The notes under the pieces are model-generated. The model ran no database searches. It was not told the DNA's origin and saw nothing but the letters and a program-made list of their open reading frames with translations. Made by a program: the position numbers and the translations under genes. This document shows positions 8,558-18,728 of a stretch of DNA of 64,000 nt, piece after piece. The stretch is from the IMG/VR virus record IMGVR_UViG_2974796119_000001, positions 14,834 through 78,833 of that record. One strand, given 5' to 3'. This stretch comes from a virus (taxonomy: Duplodnaviria; Caudoviricetes). The stretch's first letter is position 1. Every line of letters starts with the position of its first letter.

Positions 8558-9793
8558 ATGTCAACAGCAGCAGATCAAAATGGAGGTGTAACTACACAGT
8601 TTTTCGGTACTGGCAATACCGAAGAAACTCAGCCAAAAGAAATAGTTACAACTTCTGATTCAGGAACAGAAACTACTTTTTTTTCAGACGAAGCTAAAGA
8701 AGATGAACCGGGTAAGGAAACTAGCTCAGAAGAAACATCTACAGAAGCTAAAAAGGAAGAAGAACAAGCAGATTCAAAAACTGACGAAACAAAAACTGAT
8801 GCAACAGAAAAAAAACCAACATTTAAAGTAAACCGTACAGGAACCAAAACCGAAACAGAAACTAAAACCGAAGAAGCAAAAACAGAAACTAATAAGGAAA
8901 CTTATTCTGTAACAGATGATTCAGTTATTAACTTTCTAAAAACAAAAGGTCTTGATATTTCATCTTTAGACGAGGTTACTAAAAAAACAAAACTACCTGA
9001 TGCAGTAGAAGAATTTAAAAAATTCAACGAAAAAACAGGCGGTGGTATTGAAGCTTACTACAATGCTAACAAAGATTGGGCTGCTCAACCAAAAGACAGT
9101 ACACTAAAAGAGTACATTAAATATCAGAATCCAGGAGCAAGTGATGAAGATATTAATACTCAATTAGAACTTTTATCGGTATCTGAAGAAGAACAAGACG
9201 AGTTATCAGAAAGAGAGCTTAAACAAAGAAAACTTGATTACAGTAAAGAGTACAACAAGGCTTTAAAATTCATGCAAGGAGTTTCTAATGAGTACAAGAT
9301 TCCAAAAGAGAATCAAAATACTCAACAAAAACCTCCTACTCCAGAAGAAATTGAGGCAGCTCACAGACCTTGGAGAGAGCAAAGAGACAAATCTTTAGAA
9401 AAACTAAATGAAATCAGTTTACCTATTGAGGGATTAGGAGATATTAAGTTACCTATAACAGAGGAACAAAAAAGCTTAATAGTTAACGCTACCCAAACTC
9501 AAGAAGCATTTTTTGACCGTTGGAAAAACAAAGACGGAACTCTTAATTCTGACAAAAGTTCTTTAGATACAGCTTGGGGTATTCAGGAAGTACGTGATGA
9601 ATTAATCGCGAATATGCTTTCAGAAGCTCACACAATGTTTATAGAAAACTTCTCTAAAGACAAGAGAAACGTAACATTAGGAAAACCAAAACAAGAGAAA
9701 ACAGGAGAATCAAACGGTTCTATGACTGTTTTAGGAAACAGTAAATCAGAGGGTTCTACAAAAATGGGAACACCTCTATTCGTAAGACAATAA
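8558..9793 (+). CDS. putative capsid scaffolding protein
   Basis: acidic low-complexity N-terminus, helical body, immediately upstream of the capsid gene. Confidence 0.55.
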   Translation: MSTAADQNGGVTTQFFGTGNTEETQPKEIVTTSDSGTETTFFSDEAKEDEPGKETSSEETSTEAKKEEEQADSKTDETKTDATEKKPTFKVNRTGTKTETETKTEEAKTETNKETYSVTDDSVINFLKTKGLDISSLDEVTKKTKLPDAVEEFKKFNEKTGGGIEAYYNANKDWAAQPKDSTLKEYIKYQNPGASDEDINTQLELLSVSEEEQDELSERELKQRKLDYSKEYNKALKFMQGVSNEYKIPKENQNTQQKPPTPEEIEAAHRPWREQRDKSLEKLNEISLPIEGLGDIKLPITEEQKSLIVNATQTQEAFFDRWKNKDGTLNSDKSSLDTAWGIQEVRDELIANMLSEAHTMFIENFSKDKRNVTLGKPKQEKTGESNGSMTVLGNSKSEGSTKMGTPLFVRQ

Positions 9794-9819
9794 AATAATA
9801 AATTTAATTTAATTTAGAA

Positions 9820-11220
9820 ATGGCAATAACAGCTAATCAGAACACAAACCCTCATAACAATACAGCACCAGTTGTATTGAATAATGACAATTACACCGAT
9901 CCAATTACATTAGCAACAGAAATGCAAGCTAGACAAGGCCTTCCAAAAGAAATGCTAGACCAAGTTTTTACTGATTGTGAAAATTTAGTAAAAGATTCAT
10001 GGTTAGGATTTTTAGATATGTTTCAAATGAACGTATCGGTAAGAACAAAAGCAGTAAACTTTATAGAAACTGAAACACCTGACTACGTTATTGACGATGA
10101 TGGAGCTGTAGCAAGAGCATTAGAGGTGTTTACTATTGACTGGACTAAAGTACAAGGACACGCAACAGGAGAAGATAGTTTTTTCTTTCGTGTTAACGAT
10201 ACCATAATGGTAGTTGATGATGTTAAAAGAGAAATTGGTGTTATAACCGCAGTCAATAAATCAGCGAATACATTCACCGCAAAAACAAGAAATGGTTCTG
10301 CATGGACTATAAAAACATCAAATCTTTCTATAGATGTTCTAGGTTCAGATCATGACAGAGGTTCATGTGGTCCAGAAGGATTAATGGAGCTAAGAAAACG
10401 CAAGTCAAGAGTTTTAAACTTAGTTGTAATGAAAGATGCAATTAAAGCTTCTGCAGGAAAAAGATTTGCTTTTCAATATAAAGATGAAGTAAAATGGTAC
10501 GATGATAATACCGTAACATTAATGAAGCGATTAAATAAGAAAATTGCCAAAACATTAATGTTAGATATCGAATCTAAAACAGGTAGTGCTGCTTTAGCTG
10601 CAGGTAAACACGGTACTCAAGGTTTATTCGATAACTTAGAAGAAAACGGTTTATTACATACTGGTTATATTGATACTGTAGCTGCTTTAGAAGCAATTAC
10701 TACTTACTGGGATGGATTAGGTTACTCTAACAAAGAATTTATTGCACACGTTGATACTATTCAATACAGACACTTAGAGGTTATAGCAGGTGAAATTGCT
10801 AAAGCTAAAGGAGTTGAATTACATGTTATTTTAGATAATAAATTAAATAACTATTCTCAATTTGGATTTACTGCATTAAATAAAGACGGATATACAATCT
10901 ACTTCTCTAAATGGAGTTTAACTACAGGTAATAGCCCATTCGGTAAAAAACGTATTAAAGACCAAATGCCAAAGGGAATCATAATGCCAATGGGAACAGT
11001 AGAAACTGTTATCGAAGGTAGAACAATGCAAGTACCTTACATTTTTAAAGTGTACTTAGATGATAGTTTAACAAACCCAAATGCTCCTGCAGGAATGATG
11101 AGAACATTTTTAAGTGGTGGTTACAACGGTGATGGAGATTGTGAATACTCTAAAATAACTAAATCTACTACAGTTGGTATTGCTTGTGTAGTTCCTGAAG
11201 CTATTACTTTAATTAAGTAA
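9820..11220 (+). CDS. major capsid protein
   Basis: 466 aa, TQGLFDNLE motif, strongly biased codons, followed by a strong terminator. Confidence 0.8.
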   Translation: MAITANQNTNPHNNTAPVVLNNDNYTDPITLATEMQARQGLPKEMLDQVFTDCENLVKDSWLGFLDMFQMNVSVRTKAVNFIETETPDYVIDDDGAVARALEVFTIDWTKVQGHATGEDSFFFRVNDTIMVVDDVKREIGVITAVNKSANTFTAKTRNGSAWTIKTSNLSIDVLGSDHDRGSCGPEGLMELRKRKSRVLNLVVMKDAIKASAGKRFAFQYKDEVKWYDDNTVTLMKRLNKKIAKTLMLDIESKTGSAALAAGKHGTQGLFDNLEENGLLHTGYIDTVAALEAITTYWDGLGYSNKEFIAHVDTIQYRHLEVIAGEIAKAKGVELHVILDNKLNNYSQFGFTALNKDGYTIYFSKWSLTTGNSPFGKKRIKDQMPKGIIMPMGTVETVIEGRTMQVPYIFKVYLDDSLTNPNAPAGMMRTFLSGGYNGDGDCEYSKITKSTTVGIACVVPEAITLIK

Positions 11221-11250
11221 CATTAAGCACTTCAAATTATATTCATAAAA

Positions 11251-11285
11251 AAACCCTATCATTAATTGATAGGGTTTTTTTATTA
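11251..11285 (+). terminator. intrinsic terminator after the capsid gene (AAACCCTATC family)
   Basis: AAACCCTATC/GATAGGGTTT stem plus T-run. Confidence 0.85.
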
Positions 11286-11314
11286 ACAAAGTGTAAAACT
11301 TTTTTTTTATTCTT

Positions 11315-11360
11315 ACATTACCAATAAATCTACGCATTACTACTAATTTTACTATCATTG
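11315..11360 (+). promoter_or_regulatory. late-type promoter driving a short intergenic transcript
   Basis: ACATTACCAATA - 26 nt - TATCATTG. Confidence 0.55.
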
Positions 11361-11402
11361 CAACGCTGTAAAGATTTAATGATACACCATTATTTCTATT
11401 TA

Positions 11403-11438
11403 GAATGGCATTACCGAAAGGTGATGCCATTCTTGTTT
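11403..11438 (+). terminator. 13-bp GAAA-tetraloop hairpin, probable terminator
   Basis: GAATGGCATTACC-GAAA-GGTGATGCCATTC followed by TTGTTTT. Confidence 0.7.
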
Positions 11439-11450
11439 TAAAAAAAAGTC

Positions 11451-11458
11451 TATATTTG
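11451..11458 (+). promoter_or_regulatory. -7 promoter element
   Basis: TATATTTG upstream of 11489. Confidence 0.65.
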
Positions 11459-11488
11459 CTAAAGAAAAATATATTATATTAGAAAATA

Positions 11489-12256
11489 ATGGAAAAAACA
11501 TATACTTTATTTAAGTCAATTAAACCTCATAATGCTATGATTGTAAAACAGCCATTTATGGTTGTTAAAAGGCACAAGTCAGGAAAAGATAAAGGAAAAG
11601 TTATTTCAAGAACATTATCTCAATACAATGAGATTATGGACACTATTTCTGTAAAAGAGCAAAAAGAGTTTGAAGATAAACCAATGCCAACAGCATTATA
11701 TATCCGAAAAAGCCAAATGATAGTTGATAACGATGAAACATCAAAGTTAGAAGCTATGAGGATGCACGAAGATAATACTGCAAATGGCGGTAAGCTTTTT
11801 AGAGAAGTAGATATAGAAAAAGAAGAAGATTTCGAAATAGAAGCTTTTGAATTATTAGATGCAGCAATATCTGTAGTTATGGATTCTAGCGCATCAGAAT
11901 TAAAAACTTTAGCTATTGATGTAATCGGTGTACACGAACTAAGTACAAGAACTTCTGTTCTTAAAAAGAAACTTAGAGTATTAGCTACAAATAATTCAGA
12001 GATAAGAGATAAAGTAATTGCTTTTTCTAAAGATAAAAGCAAACAAGAAAGATTATTAACAACTATTGCTTTAGATGAGAATATTATTAGCATCCATAAT
12101 GGTAAAAGTATAGCGTGGCCTGATTCAGAAGAAATTATTTATTCTGCTTCACAAACCAAAGACGTTGTTAACGAGTTTTCTACTTGGTTAAAAACTGACG
12201 AGCAAGGTCGAAAAGTTTACGCTTCCCTAACTAAAAAGTTAGAAGGTAAGCTGTAA
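11489..12256 (+). CDS. conserved morphogenesis-region protein
   Basis: 255-aa ORF between capsid and tail ring genes. Confidence 0.7.
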   Translation: MEKTYTLFKSIKPHNAMIVKQPFMVVKRHKSGKDKGKVISRTLSQYNEIMDTISVKEQKEFEDKPMPTALYIRKSQMIVDNDETSKLEAMRMHEDNTANGGKLFREVDIEKEEDFEIEAFELLDAAISVVMDSSASELKTLAIDVIGVHELSTRTSVLKKKLRVLATNNSEIRDKVIAFSKDKSKQERLLTTIALDENIISIHNGKSIAWPDSEEIIYSASQTKDVVNEFSTWLKTDEQGRKVYASLTKKLEGKL

Positions 12257-12306
12257 AGAATCCGTTTTTTTAGACGAAATGGAGGTAATGGTAATTTAAT
12301 TCGAGC

Positions 12307-12331
12307 AAAAGCACCCAATAGGGTGCTTTTG
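12307..12331 (+). terminator. intrinsic terminator
   Basis: AAAAGCACCC-AATA-GGGTGCTTTT. Confidence 0.7.
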
Positions 12332-12377
12332 TTATTACTAATAATACCTAATTAAACACAGTCTTTATTTATATTTG
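12332..12377 (+). promoter_or_regulatory. late-type promoter of the tail genes
   Basis: TTATTACTAATA - 26 nt - TATATTTG. Confidence 0.65.
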
Positions 12378-12392
12378 TATAAATATAACATT

Positions 12393-13085
12393 ATGATTGA
12401 TAGACTTTTTCAATTTATCCAAGATAGTTTGAATAAAGAACAAATGGAGTTTTTAAAACCTCGTTACTTTAATTCTTATTTAAACACTTCTTTAATTTCT
12501 ATTTACAATAAGTTACTTTCAGATGTTAAATCAAACACTAGAAAGTCTAACTGGATGCTTGACGGTAAAAACTTAGCAGATTTTTCAAAGCACACTCAGC
12601 AATTATTAGAACACTTTTTAAGTACTAAACAATTACCTTTATTGAATGGTAGTTTCGCTTTAGATAAAGACATACAGCTAATTCAGGACGTATATACAAC
12701 TTCAGGAAACAAAGTAGATAAAATTGATTTAAACGATTTTAATCTAATAAAAAGAAATAACTACATTGTGCCTAGTGAATGTGAGGCTAAATGCACTAAA
12801 TTAGGCGATAAACTATTAGTGCTACCTACTACAATAACTACTTTAGATGTGTATTATTTAAGGCTACCAAAAATAGCTAGATGGACTTATGAAGAAGTAA
12901 ATGGTAAACCGATGTTTGATCCTGGAAAATCAGATTTTCAAGATGTAGATATTCCTGAAATGTTATTTGATGAATTAGCAAACCTAATATTAGAAAAAGC
13001 AGGATTAACTATTAGAGATACTACAGTTATACAATCAGCTAATCAAGATCAGCAACAAGATTTACAAATAGAAAATAATAGATAA
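12393..13085 (+). CDS. tail ring/adaptor protein (crAss-like ring protein type)
   Basis: YYLRLPK..RWTY...FDP motif; start moved to ATG 12393 because the TTG at 12375 lies inside the promoter. Confidence 0.6.
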   Translation: MIDRLFQFIQDSLNKEQMEFLKPRYFNSYLNTSLISIYNKLLSDVKSNTRKSNWMLDGKNLADFSKHTQQLLEHFLSTKQLPLLNGSFALDKDIQLIQDVYTTSGNKVDKIDLNDFNLIKRNNYIVPSECEAKCTKLGDKLLVLPTTITTLDVYYLRLPKIARWTYEEVNGKPMFDPGKSDFQDVDIPEMLFDELANLILEKAGLTIRDTTVIQSANQDQQQDLQIENNR

Positions 13086-13086
13086 G

Positions 13087-13896
13087 ATGTTATCAACTAC
13101 AGACAAAGAATACCACGATAATAAAGAGTTCTGGGGAGAGCATCAATTTGTTACTTTACAGAACATAATTGACAATATAGAGTTAACGTCAGGACAGGAC
13201 AGTTATTTTAAAAAGGTAAACAGACATTCAGCTTCTATTTTTGGTAAACAAGGTATAAAAAGATTAGAAGTTGACATAAAACCAAAACCAAGAGCAGTAA
13301 GTTTTCAAGTTGGCCCAAGTAAAACATTTCCATACCCTAGATTCATGATGAATTGGCACAGGGTTTCAATGGTAAATGATTGTGGTAAGCTAATACCTAT
13401 AAATATAAAAAATGACCCTCTAACAAGAGATTACCTTCAAGACCATGAGTACGAATTATTGTATGATAATAATGGAGATATTTTAGAAGGAAAAAGTAAA
13501 AATTACAATTACGGAGAATGTGTACATAAATTAGAATGTTGTTGTGACGATAAAACATTGATTGAGGACCCTGAGTATTGGGTTAAAGGACATGATGTAT
13601 CACAGCAATTTATATTTTCTGATAATTTATACGACAAAGAAGTTGTTATTGAATTTAGGTCTTCCGGATTAGACACCTTAAATGATTGTGATATTTTAGT
13701 ACATAGCGACTTAGAGCTAACATTAACGTACTGGATTAAGTGGAATTTAATTCAAGGAAATAAAAACGCTTCTCAATCAAGAATAGATTTTTTCTGGAAC
13801 TACTATAAATTAGAAAAGAAAAGAAGTAAAAGATTATTAGGGAATAAAATAACTATTAATCAAATATTAGAATCAGTTTCATTAAAATATAGATAA
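13087..13896 (+). CDS. tail ring/adaptor protein 2
   Basis: position before the nozzle gene; FPYPRFMMNWHRVS...DYLQD. Confidence 0.55.
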   Translation: MLSTTDKEYHDNKEFWGEHQFVTLQNIIDNIELTSGQDSYFKKVNRHSASIFGKQGIKRLEVDIKPKPRAVSFQVGPSKTFPYPRFMMNWHRVSMVNDCGKLIPINIKNDPLTRDYLQDHEYELLYDNNGDILEGKSKNYNYGECVHKLECCCDDKTLIEDPEYWVKGHDVSQQFIFSDNLYDKEVVIEFRSSGLDTLNDCDILVHSDLELTLTYWIKWNLIQGNKNASQSRIDFFWNYYKLEKKRSKRLLGNKITINQILESVSLKYR

Positions 13897-16800
13897 TGCC
13901 TAAGTTATTAAACACATTTACAAAAGGAGCAATGAATAAAGATATTGATCCATCTTTAATGCCCCAAGACACCTATATTCATGCAGAAAACATAAGATTC
14001 ACTAATAATAACGGTAACGATGGTATCGGAAACAACATCAAAGGTACTTTACAAGTAAGTGATTCTACTGAAGGAAGTTCTGATTTTAAATGTATATCAG
14101 CAATTTTTGATAAAAATACTGATTGCATATTTTACTTCTTAGCTTCTACAGATGGAGTTATTAGTAAAATTGTAGAGTATGATATAACCAATAATCAAAC
14201 TACAGACGTTCTACACGATGATCAGAGTGTATTGAAACTTATTAAATCAGGATATATAACTGGAGTAGATGAAATAAACGGTTTATTAATATTTAGTGAA
14301 TGGGGTAATAACCCAAGAAGAGTCAATATAGAAAGAGCAAAAGCATACGGTAAAAACAACTTTACAGAAGAGGAAATTTCTTTAATGGTTAAGCCACCTG
14401 CTCAGAAATTAAAAACGACATTAAGAGAATCTACAACTATTTATGAGGAAGAAAATAACATTAAAGAAAAAATGTTTGCTTTTTCTTACATTTACAGATA
14501 TTTAGATGGTGAATATAGTTCACCTGCTCCTTTTAGTAATTTCGCTTTCGAGCCAGAACAATTTAATTACGACTTTTCTACTCAATCCAATAAAGCAATG
14601 GTTAACAAGTTTAATCAAGTTGTTTTAGAATTTAACACAGGAAGTAAATTAGTTACTGAAATACAGTTAATATTTAAGCAAAGTGATACCTTGCAAGCTT
14701 ACATAATAGATGATTTCAATAAGAAGCAACTGGGTTGGGGAGATAACCAAACAAAAGAATTTGTTTTTGATAATTTAAAATCAATTAGACCCTTACCTAA
14801 AGAAGTTTTAAGAAATAACTTCAGCAGAATACCTTTAACAAATAAAAGTCAATCTTTAATTGATGGTAGATTAATATTATCTAATTATCTAGAAGACTAC
14901 AATATAGAAGACGCTAATAAAAATAAAATTGAAATTGATTATTCACTTGAATTAAAAAGTGAAGATGTACTCAACTTACACCCAAAAAGAACGATAAAAT
15001 CAATAAGAGGTTACGAAGTTGTTGTCGTTTATAAAGACAAATGGTTTAGAGAAACTACAGCTTTAAGCAGTAAGACAAATACAGTTTTTGTAAAAAACAA
15101 TCTTAGCTCTAAAAGCAACACTATAGATGTTGTTATAAAAAACAAACCTCCTTTTTGGGCAAGTTACTTTCAATTTTTTATTAGACAAAACGCTAAAGAT
15201 TACGATCAAATTCTTCCAACAACATTTTATAGTGACGGTGTATTTAGATGGATGAAGATAGAGCAATCAGACATAGATAAAGTAAAGGAAGGAGATTTAT
15301 TATTTGTTAAATCTGACACAAGAGAGCTGTTAGAAAACTTAGTTAAAGTTAAAGTTTTAGAAATAACAGTACAAGAAAAAAACTTTTTAGAAGAAACAGA
15401 AACAAACTCTCTAAAGCAAATACCTGGAGTTTATATTAAAATAAAACCAGAAAACTTTAGAATATATGAAGATGATATAAAAATATATGATTTTAGCGGA
15501 TATGATAATAATAGCGGAGGAAACAATGTTATAGGAGATAACCCTAATGTTGTTCAAAAACCTGTTTATTATGGATCTTCAGGACTAAACGACTTAACAT
15601 CTTCAGGTACATATAACGGAATAGACGATGAAAGATATTTAGTCGAGATAGATAATATTCAAAAAAGTGCAACAGGTACAATTACATTAGACTCAGGAAG
15701 TTCAGGTTCTATAGATGAAATTACATCTAACGGTATAACAATAACTAGCTCAACAGTAATTTTTGACACAGATTTACCAACAACAGCTAATAATTTAGCT
15801 GCAAATATAACAGCTCATTTATCAGTACCAAACTATACAGCTACAGCTGCAGGTAATGTAGTTACGGTTACAGCTGATGTTAAGGGGTCAGCTAGTAATG
15901 GATTTGTAATAGCAGCAACAAACACTACAATTACTACCTCAACTACAAACATGGTTGGTGGTGCTGAAGACACTTTTAAATGGAGTAAAAACAATGGTTC
16001 TACATACGAGCAATTAGATGTGTTAATTACAGCAGGAAATCCACAATTATTAAACGATGGAGTTGAAATAACATTTAATTCAGCAACAGGACACGTTCCT
16101 ACTGATAAATGGATTATTGGAGCTAAATCGAATACTACTAATAAATTCGGAAATAATGAAGATTCTAGAATATTTGCAATATTTAAAGGCCCAGATGAAG
16201 ATTTTATATCTAGTGGAGCCGTAATTAAAATTATTTATGATGAATATGGTGACGAAAAAAAATACATAGAAAAAGTATATATCTCATCTTCTAATTACGA
16301 GAATTTAGAAGAATGGTTTATAGGGGATGATATTATAGCTACATTAGGTATGGATAGTAATAGAGTTTACTTTAGAAGGGGTAATGTAGCTCCTTATGGT
16401 AAAAGCAAGAAGACACAAATAAATATTACTACGGATGGAACAGGTACAATGAATCTAATTATTAGAGGTATTGGTTATGAAAACTCTAATTTTGATAAAA
16501 CAGCTAAAGTAAAAACTTTTTTAGAGGTTCGTCAAATGACAAATTTGATAATATTCGAAACAGAGCCAAATGATTCTTTGCCAGAAATATTTTATGAAAT
16601 AGGTAGGACTTACGAGATTAAAAACGGAATGCATCAAGCCGACACAGTAAATACCCCAACAGACGTAAATCAAACAGATATACTGGACGCAAGAATAAAA
16701 CTAGATTGGTTTAACGCATGGAGTTTTGGAAATGGTGTAGAAAGCTATAAGGTTTATGATGAATTTAATAAAAAAGGTTTAGACGAAGGAGTTAGGGTAA

Positions 16801-18056
16801 CTTCAAGAATTAAAGAAGAATACAAGCAGGTACACCGAGAAGAAGATGTTACTTGGAGTGATGTTTATAATAGTGATTCTAACTTTAATGGATTAAGTGC
16901 ATTTAACGCCTCTCTTTTAAACTGGATCAGATTAGATAAAGAAAACGGAAGTATTCAGAAAACACATAACAGCAATGGAAACCTAATGGTCTTGCAAGAA
17001 GAAGGAGTAGGATTGTTACCTTACAATAAAAATGTAATTTACGATACAGAAGGAGGAAGCGTAATAGGTATATCAACAAACGTACTTGATAAAAAAAGTT
17101 ATAGACCATACGCACACGGAAAAATAGGAATCGGATTAAACCCTGAAAGTTTTGTGCCTGTAGGAAGTAGAAACTACTTTACAGATAAACCAAGAGGTAA
17201 TTTAGTAAGATTATCAATAGATGGAGTTACAGAAATAAACACATACGGAATGGAACATGAGTTTTCAGACCTAATGGTTAAAAACAAAACAAACTTCCTT
17301 GTAGGGGGCCATGATCCAAAAAACAATGAATACAAATTACATCTTCCTTCAGAAAACGGATGCTTAGTATTTGTAGAAAAAGGGAGAGGATTTCCAGAAT
17401 ACCAAACTTTTGAGCCAGACTTTATGTTATCTGCCAATAACGAATTTTACTCATGGAAAAACGGTGTAATGTACCAACACAGCGCAAATGAAACTAGAAA
17501 TAATTTTTATGGAGTTCAATACGAAAGTAAATTAAAGTTTTCTGTTAATCATAGTTTTGGATCAGGTAAAATATTTAACGCTTTAGGTATTTATTCAACT
17601 CACCCTTGGCTTGCTAAATTAAAAACACTATCAACAGCAAGAGAAATACCTAAAGATTCTTTTGATAAGCAAAATGAATTTTGGTTTTCTGAAATAATGG
17701 GTAACACCAATGATGATATTTACAACAATAGTGTTTTTGGATTAGGATCATACCCGGTAACAGCAGGTGTAATAAATACAAACTTTATTCCTGACGGAAT
17801 GTGTGTTGGGGATAAAATAATAAGCAAAGACATAACTTTTATAGCAAATGAAATAACCGATATACAAGGAACTGTAATTACTTTAAAAGACAGCGTAGCC
17901 CATGCTTCTACATTTTTAATGTACGCGAAAAATCAAAACATTGATGGAGCCAGTATAAAAGGAAATATCATGGAAGTAGAGCTTATATCAGATGAAACAG
18001 AAAAAGTAGAGATACGAGCTGTAAAAACAGAAGCAATAAGGAATGTCAATACATAA
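13896..18056 (+). CDS. tail nozzle/stabilisation protein (P22 gp10-like, crAss muzzle type)
   Basis: 1386 aa; N-terminal FTKGAMNKDIDP...YIHAENIR and C-terminal NNFYGVQY motifs. Confidence 0.75.
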   Translation: MPKLLNTFTKGAMNKDIDPSLMPQDTYIHAENIRFTNNNGNDGIGNNIKGTLQVSDSTEGSSDFKCISAIFDKNTDCIFYFLASTDGVISKIVEYDITNNQTTDVLHDDQSVLKLIKSGYITGVDEINGLLIFSEWGNNPRRVNIERAKAYGKNNFTEEEISLMVKPPAQKLKTTLRESTTIYEEENNIKEKMFAFSYIYRYLDGEYSSPAPFSNFAFEPEQFNYDFSTQSNKAMVNKFNQVVLEFNTGSKLVTEIQLIFKQSDTLQAYIIDDFNKKQLGWGDNQTKEFVFDNLKSIRPLPKEVLRNNFSRIPLTNKSQSLIDGRLILSNYLEDYNIEDANKNKIEIDYSLELKSEDVLNLHPKRTIKSIRGYEVVVVYKDKWFRETTALSSKTNTVFVKNNLSSKSNTIDVVIKNKPPFWASYFQFFIRQNAKDYDQILPTTFYSDGVFRWMKIEQSDIDKVKEGDLLFVKSDTRELLENLVKVKVLEITVQEKNFLEETETNSLKQIPGVYIKIKPENFRIYEDDIKIYDFSGYDNNSGGNNVIGDNPNVVQKPVYYGSSGLNDLTSSGTYNGIDDERYLVEIDNIQKSATGTITLDSGSSGSIDEITSNGITITSSTVIFDTDLPTTANNLAANITAHLSVPNYTATAAGNVVTVTADVKGSASNGFVIAATNTTITTSTTNMVGGAEDTFKWSKNNGSTYEQLDVLITAGNPQLLNDGVEITFNSATGHVPTDKWIIGAKSNTTNKFGNNEDSRIFAIFKGPDEDFISSGAVIKIIYDEYGDEKKYIEKVYISSSNYENLEEWFIGDDIIATLGMDSNRVYFRRGNVAPYGKSKKTQINITTDGTGTMNLIIRGIGYENSNFDKTAKVKTFLEVRQMTNLIIFETEPNDSLPEIFYEIGRTYEIKNGMHQADTVNTPTDVNQTDILDARIKLDWFNAWSFGNGVESYKVYDEFNKKGLDEGVRVTSRIKEEYKQVHREEDVTWSDVYNSDSNFNGLSAFNASLLNWIRLDKENGSIQKTHNSNGNLMVLQEEGVGLLPYNKNVIYDTEGGSVIGISTNVLDKKSYRPYAHGKIGIGLNPESFVPVGSRNYFTDKPRGNLVRLSIDGVTEINTYGMEHEFSDLMVKNKTNFLVGGHDPKNNEYKLHLPSENGCLVFVEKGRGFPEYQTFEPDFMLSANNEFYSWKNGVMYQHSANETRNNFYGVQYESKLKFSVNHSFGSGKIFNALGIYSTHPWLAKLKTLSTAREIPKDSFDKQNEFWFSEIMGNTNDDIYNNSVFGLGSYPVTAGVINTNFIPDGMCVGDKIISKDITFIANEITDIQGTVITLKDSVAHASTFLMYAKNQNIDGASIKGNIMEVELISDETEKVEIRAVKTEAIRNVNT

Positions 18057-18081
18057 TAAAATCAACATAAATTAATAATAT

Positions 18082-18114
18082 AACACCTCTTACCATTAAG
18101 AGGTGTTTTTTTTT
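18082..18114 (+). terminator. intrinsic terminator after the nozzle gene
   Basis: AACACCTCTTA-CCAT-TAAGAGGTGTT plus T-run. Confidence 0.85.
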
Positions 18115-18120
18115 ACATTT

Positions 18121-18218
18121 GCCTAACGGCAAAGTATAAGGTTAGTACGCTTTGCACAAATGTTTAAATTAAAGTACTAACCATCACAAGCGTATTAATT
18201 TTATACAATGTTGTACGC
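18121..18218 (+). mobile_element. attC-like recombination site 1
   Basis: R'' GCCTAAC (18121-18127); arms GTATAAGGTTAGTACGCT / AGCGTATTAATTTTATAC; R' GTTGTACGC (18210-18218). Confidence 0.65.
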
Positions 18219-18235
18219 TTTTAAAATTACGACCT

Positions 18236-18430
18236 ATGGGTATTAAATATAAAAAAATAGAGAAAAGCAAAAAATATAAATACGTTTACAAAGTAATGGA
18301 TCAGCACGGCAATTATTTTTGGGCTGGAAAAGGCAAGATGAAAGATACTGAGCGTGAAGCGGCTTTATATGTAGATAAACAATTATTAGAAAAAGGCAAA
18401 GAGCCTGTTAATATACTGATACGTAAGTAA
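18236..18430 (+). CDS. cassette-borne small basic protein (AP2-like DNA-binding fold possible)
   Basis: TEREAALYVD motif; flanked by complementary cores GTTGTACGC / GCGTACAAC. Confidence 0.65.
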   Translation: MGIKYKKIEKSKKYKYVYKVMDQHGNYFWAGKGKMKDTEREAALYVDKQLLEKGKEPVNILIRK

Positions 18431-18438
18431 TTTTTATT

Positions 18439-18633
18439 GCGTACAACGATGTAATGTATGGTGCGTTGCTGAATTAATAACTGACTTAAATAAATAAAGA
18501 ATGAGTTTTACAGACAAAGAAATAAGCGATAGGATTGAATCTAATAATAAACTTGTAGATAAAATACAAAGTAAAATAGACTTAATTAAAAAAGAAGAAA
18601 CCGAGCAATGCACTATACATAGTGTTGTAGGGC
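18439..18633 (+). mobile_element. attC-like recombination site 2 with a long, ORF-containing loop
   Basis: R'' GCGTACAAC (18439-18447); arms GTATGGTGCGTTGCT / AGCAATGCACTATAC; R' GTTGTAG (18624-18630). Confidence 0.65.
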
Positions 18634-18728
18634 GAAGCGAACAGTGTTGCGAGCCAGTAAGCGAAGGTTTATATTTAGGCATTTCCTGTCCAAAATGTAA
18701 ACGACCATTTAGGCAAAACCTAAAATAA
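18501..18728 (+). CDS. small protein straddling the attC-like crossover point, with C-terminal Cys motif
   Basis: ...CTIHSVV-GRSEQCC...CPKC. Confidence 0.65.
   Translation: MSFTDKEISDRIESNNKLVDKIQSKIDLIKKEETEQCTIHSVVGRSEQCCEPVSEGLYLGISCPKCKRPFRQNLK

Noticed and set aside
11209-11430. Minus-strand 73-aa ORF after the capsid gene
   Set aside because: Runs through the terminator, late promoter and hairpin; better explained by those elements.
12375-12392. TTG start given by the ORF track (also TTG 20456 and the 60314 start)
   Set aside because: 12375 lies within the -7 box; 20456 and 60314 overlap upstream genes; nearby in-frame ATGs with proper leaders exist.
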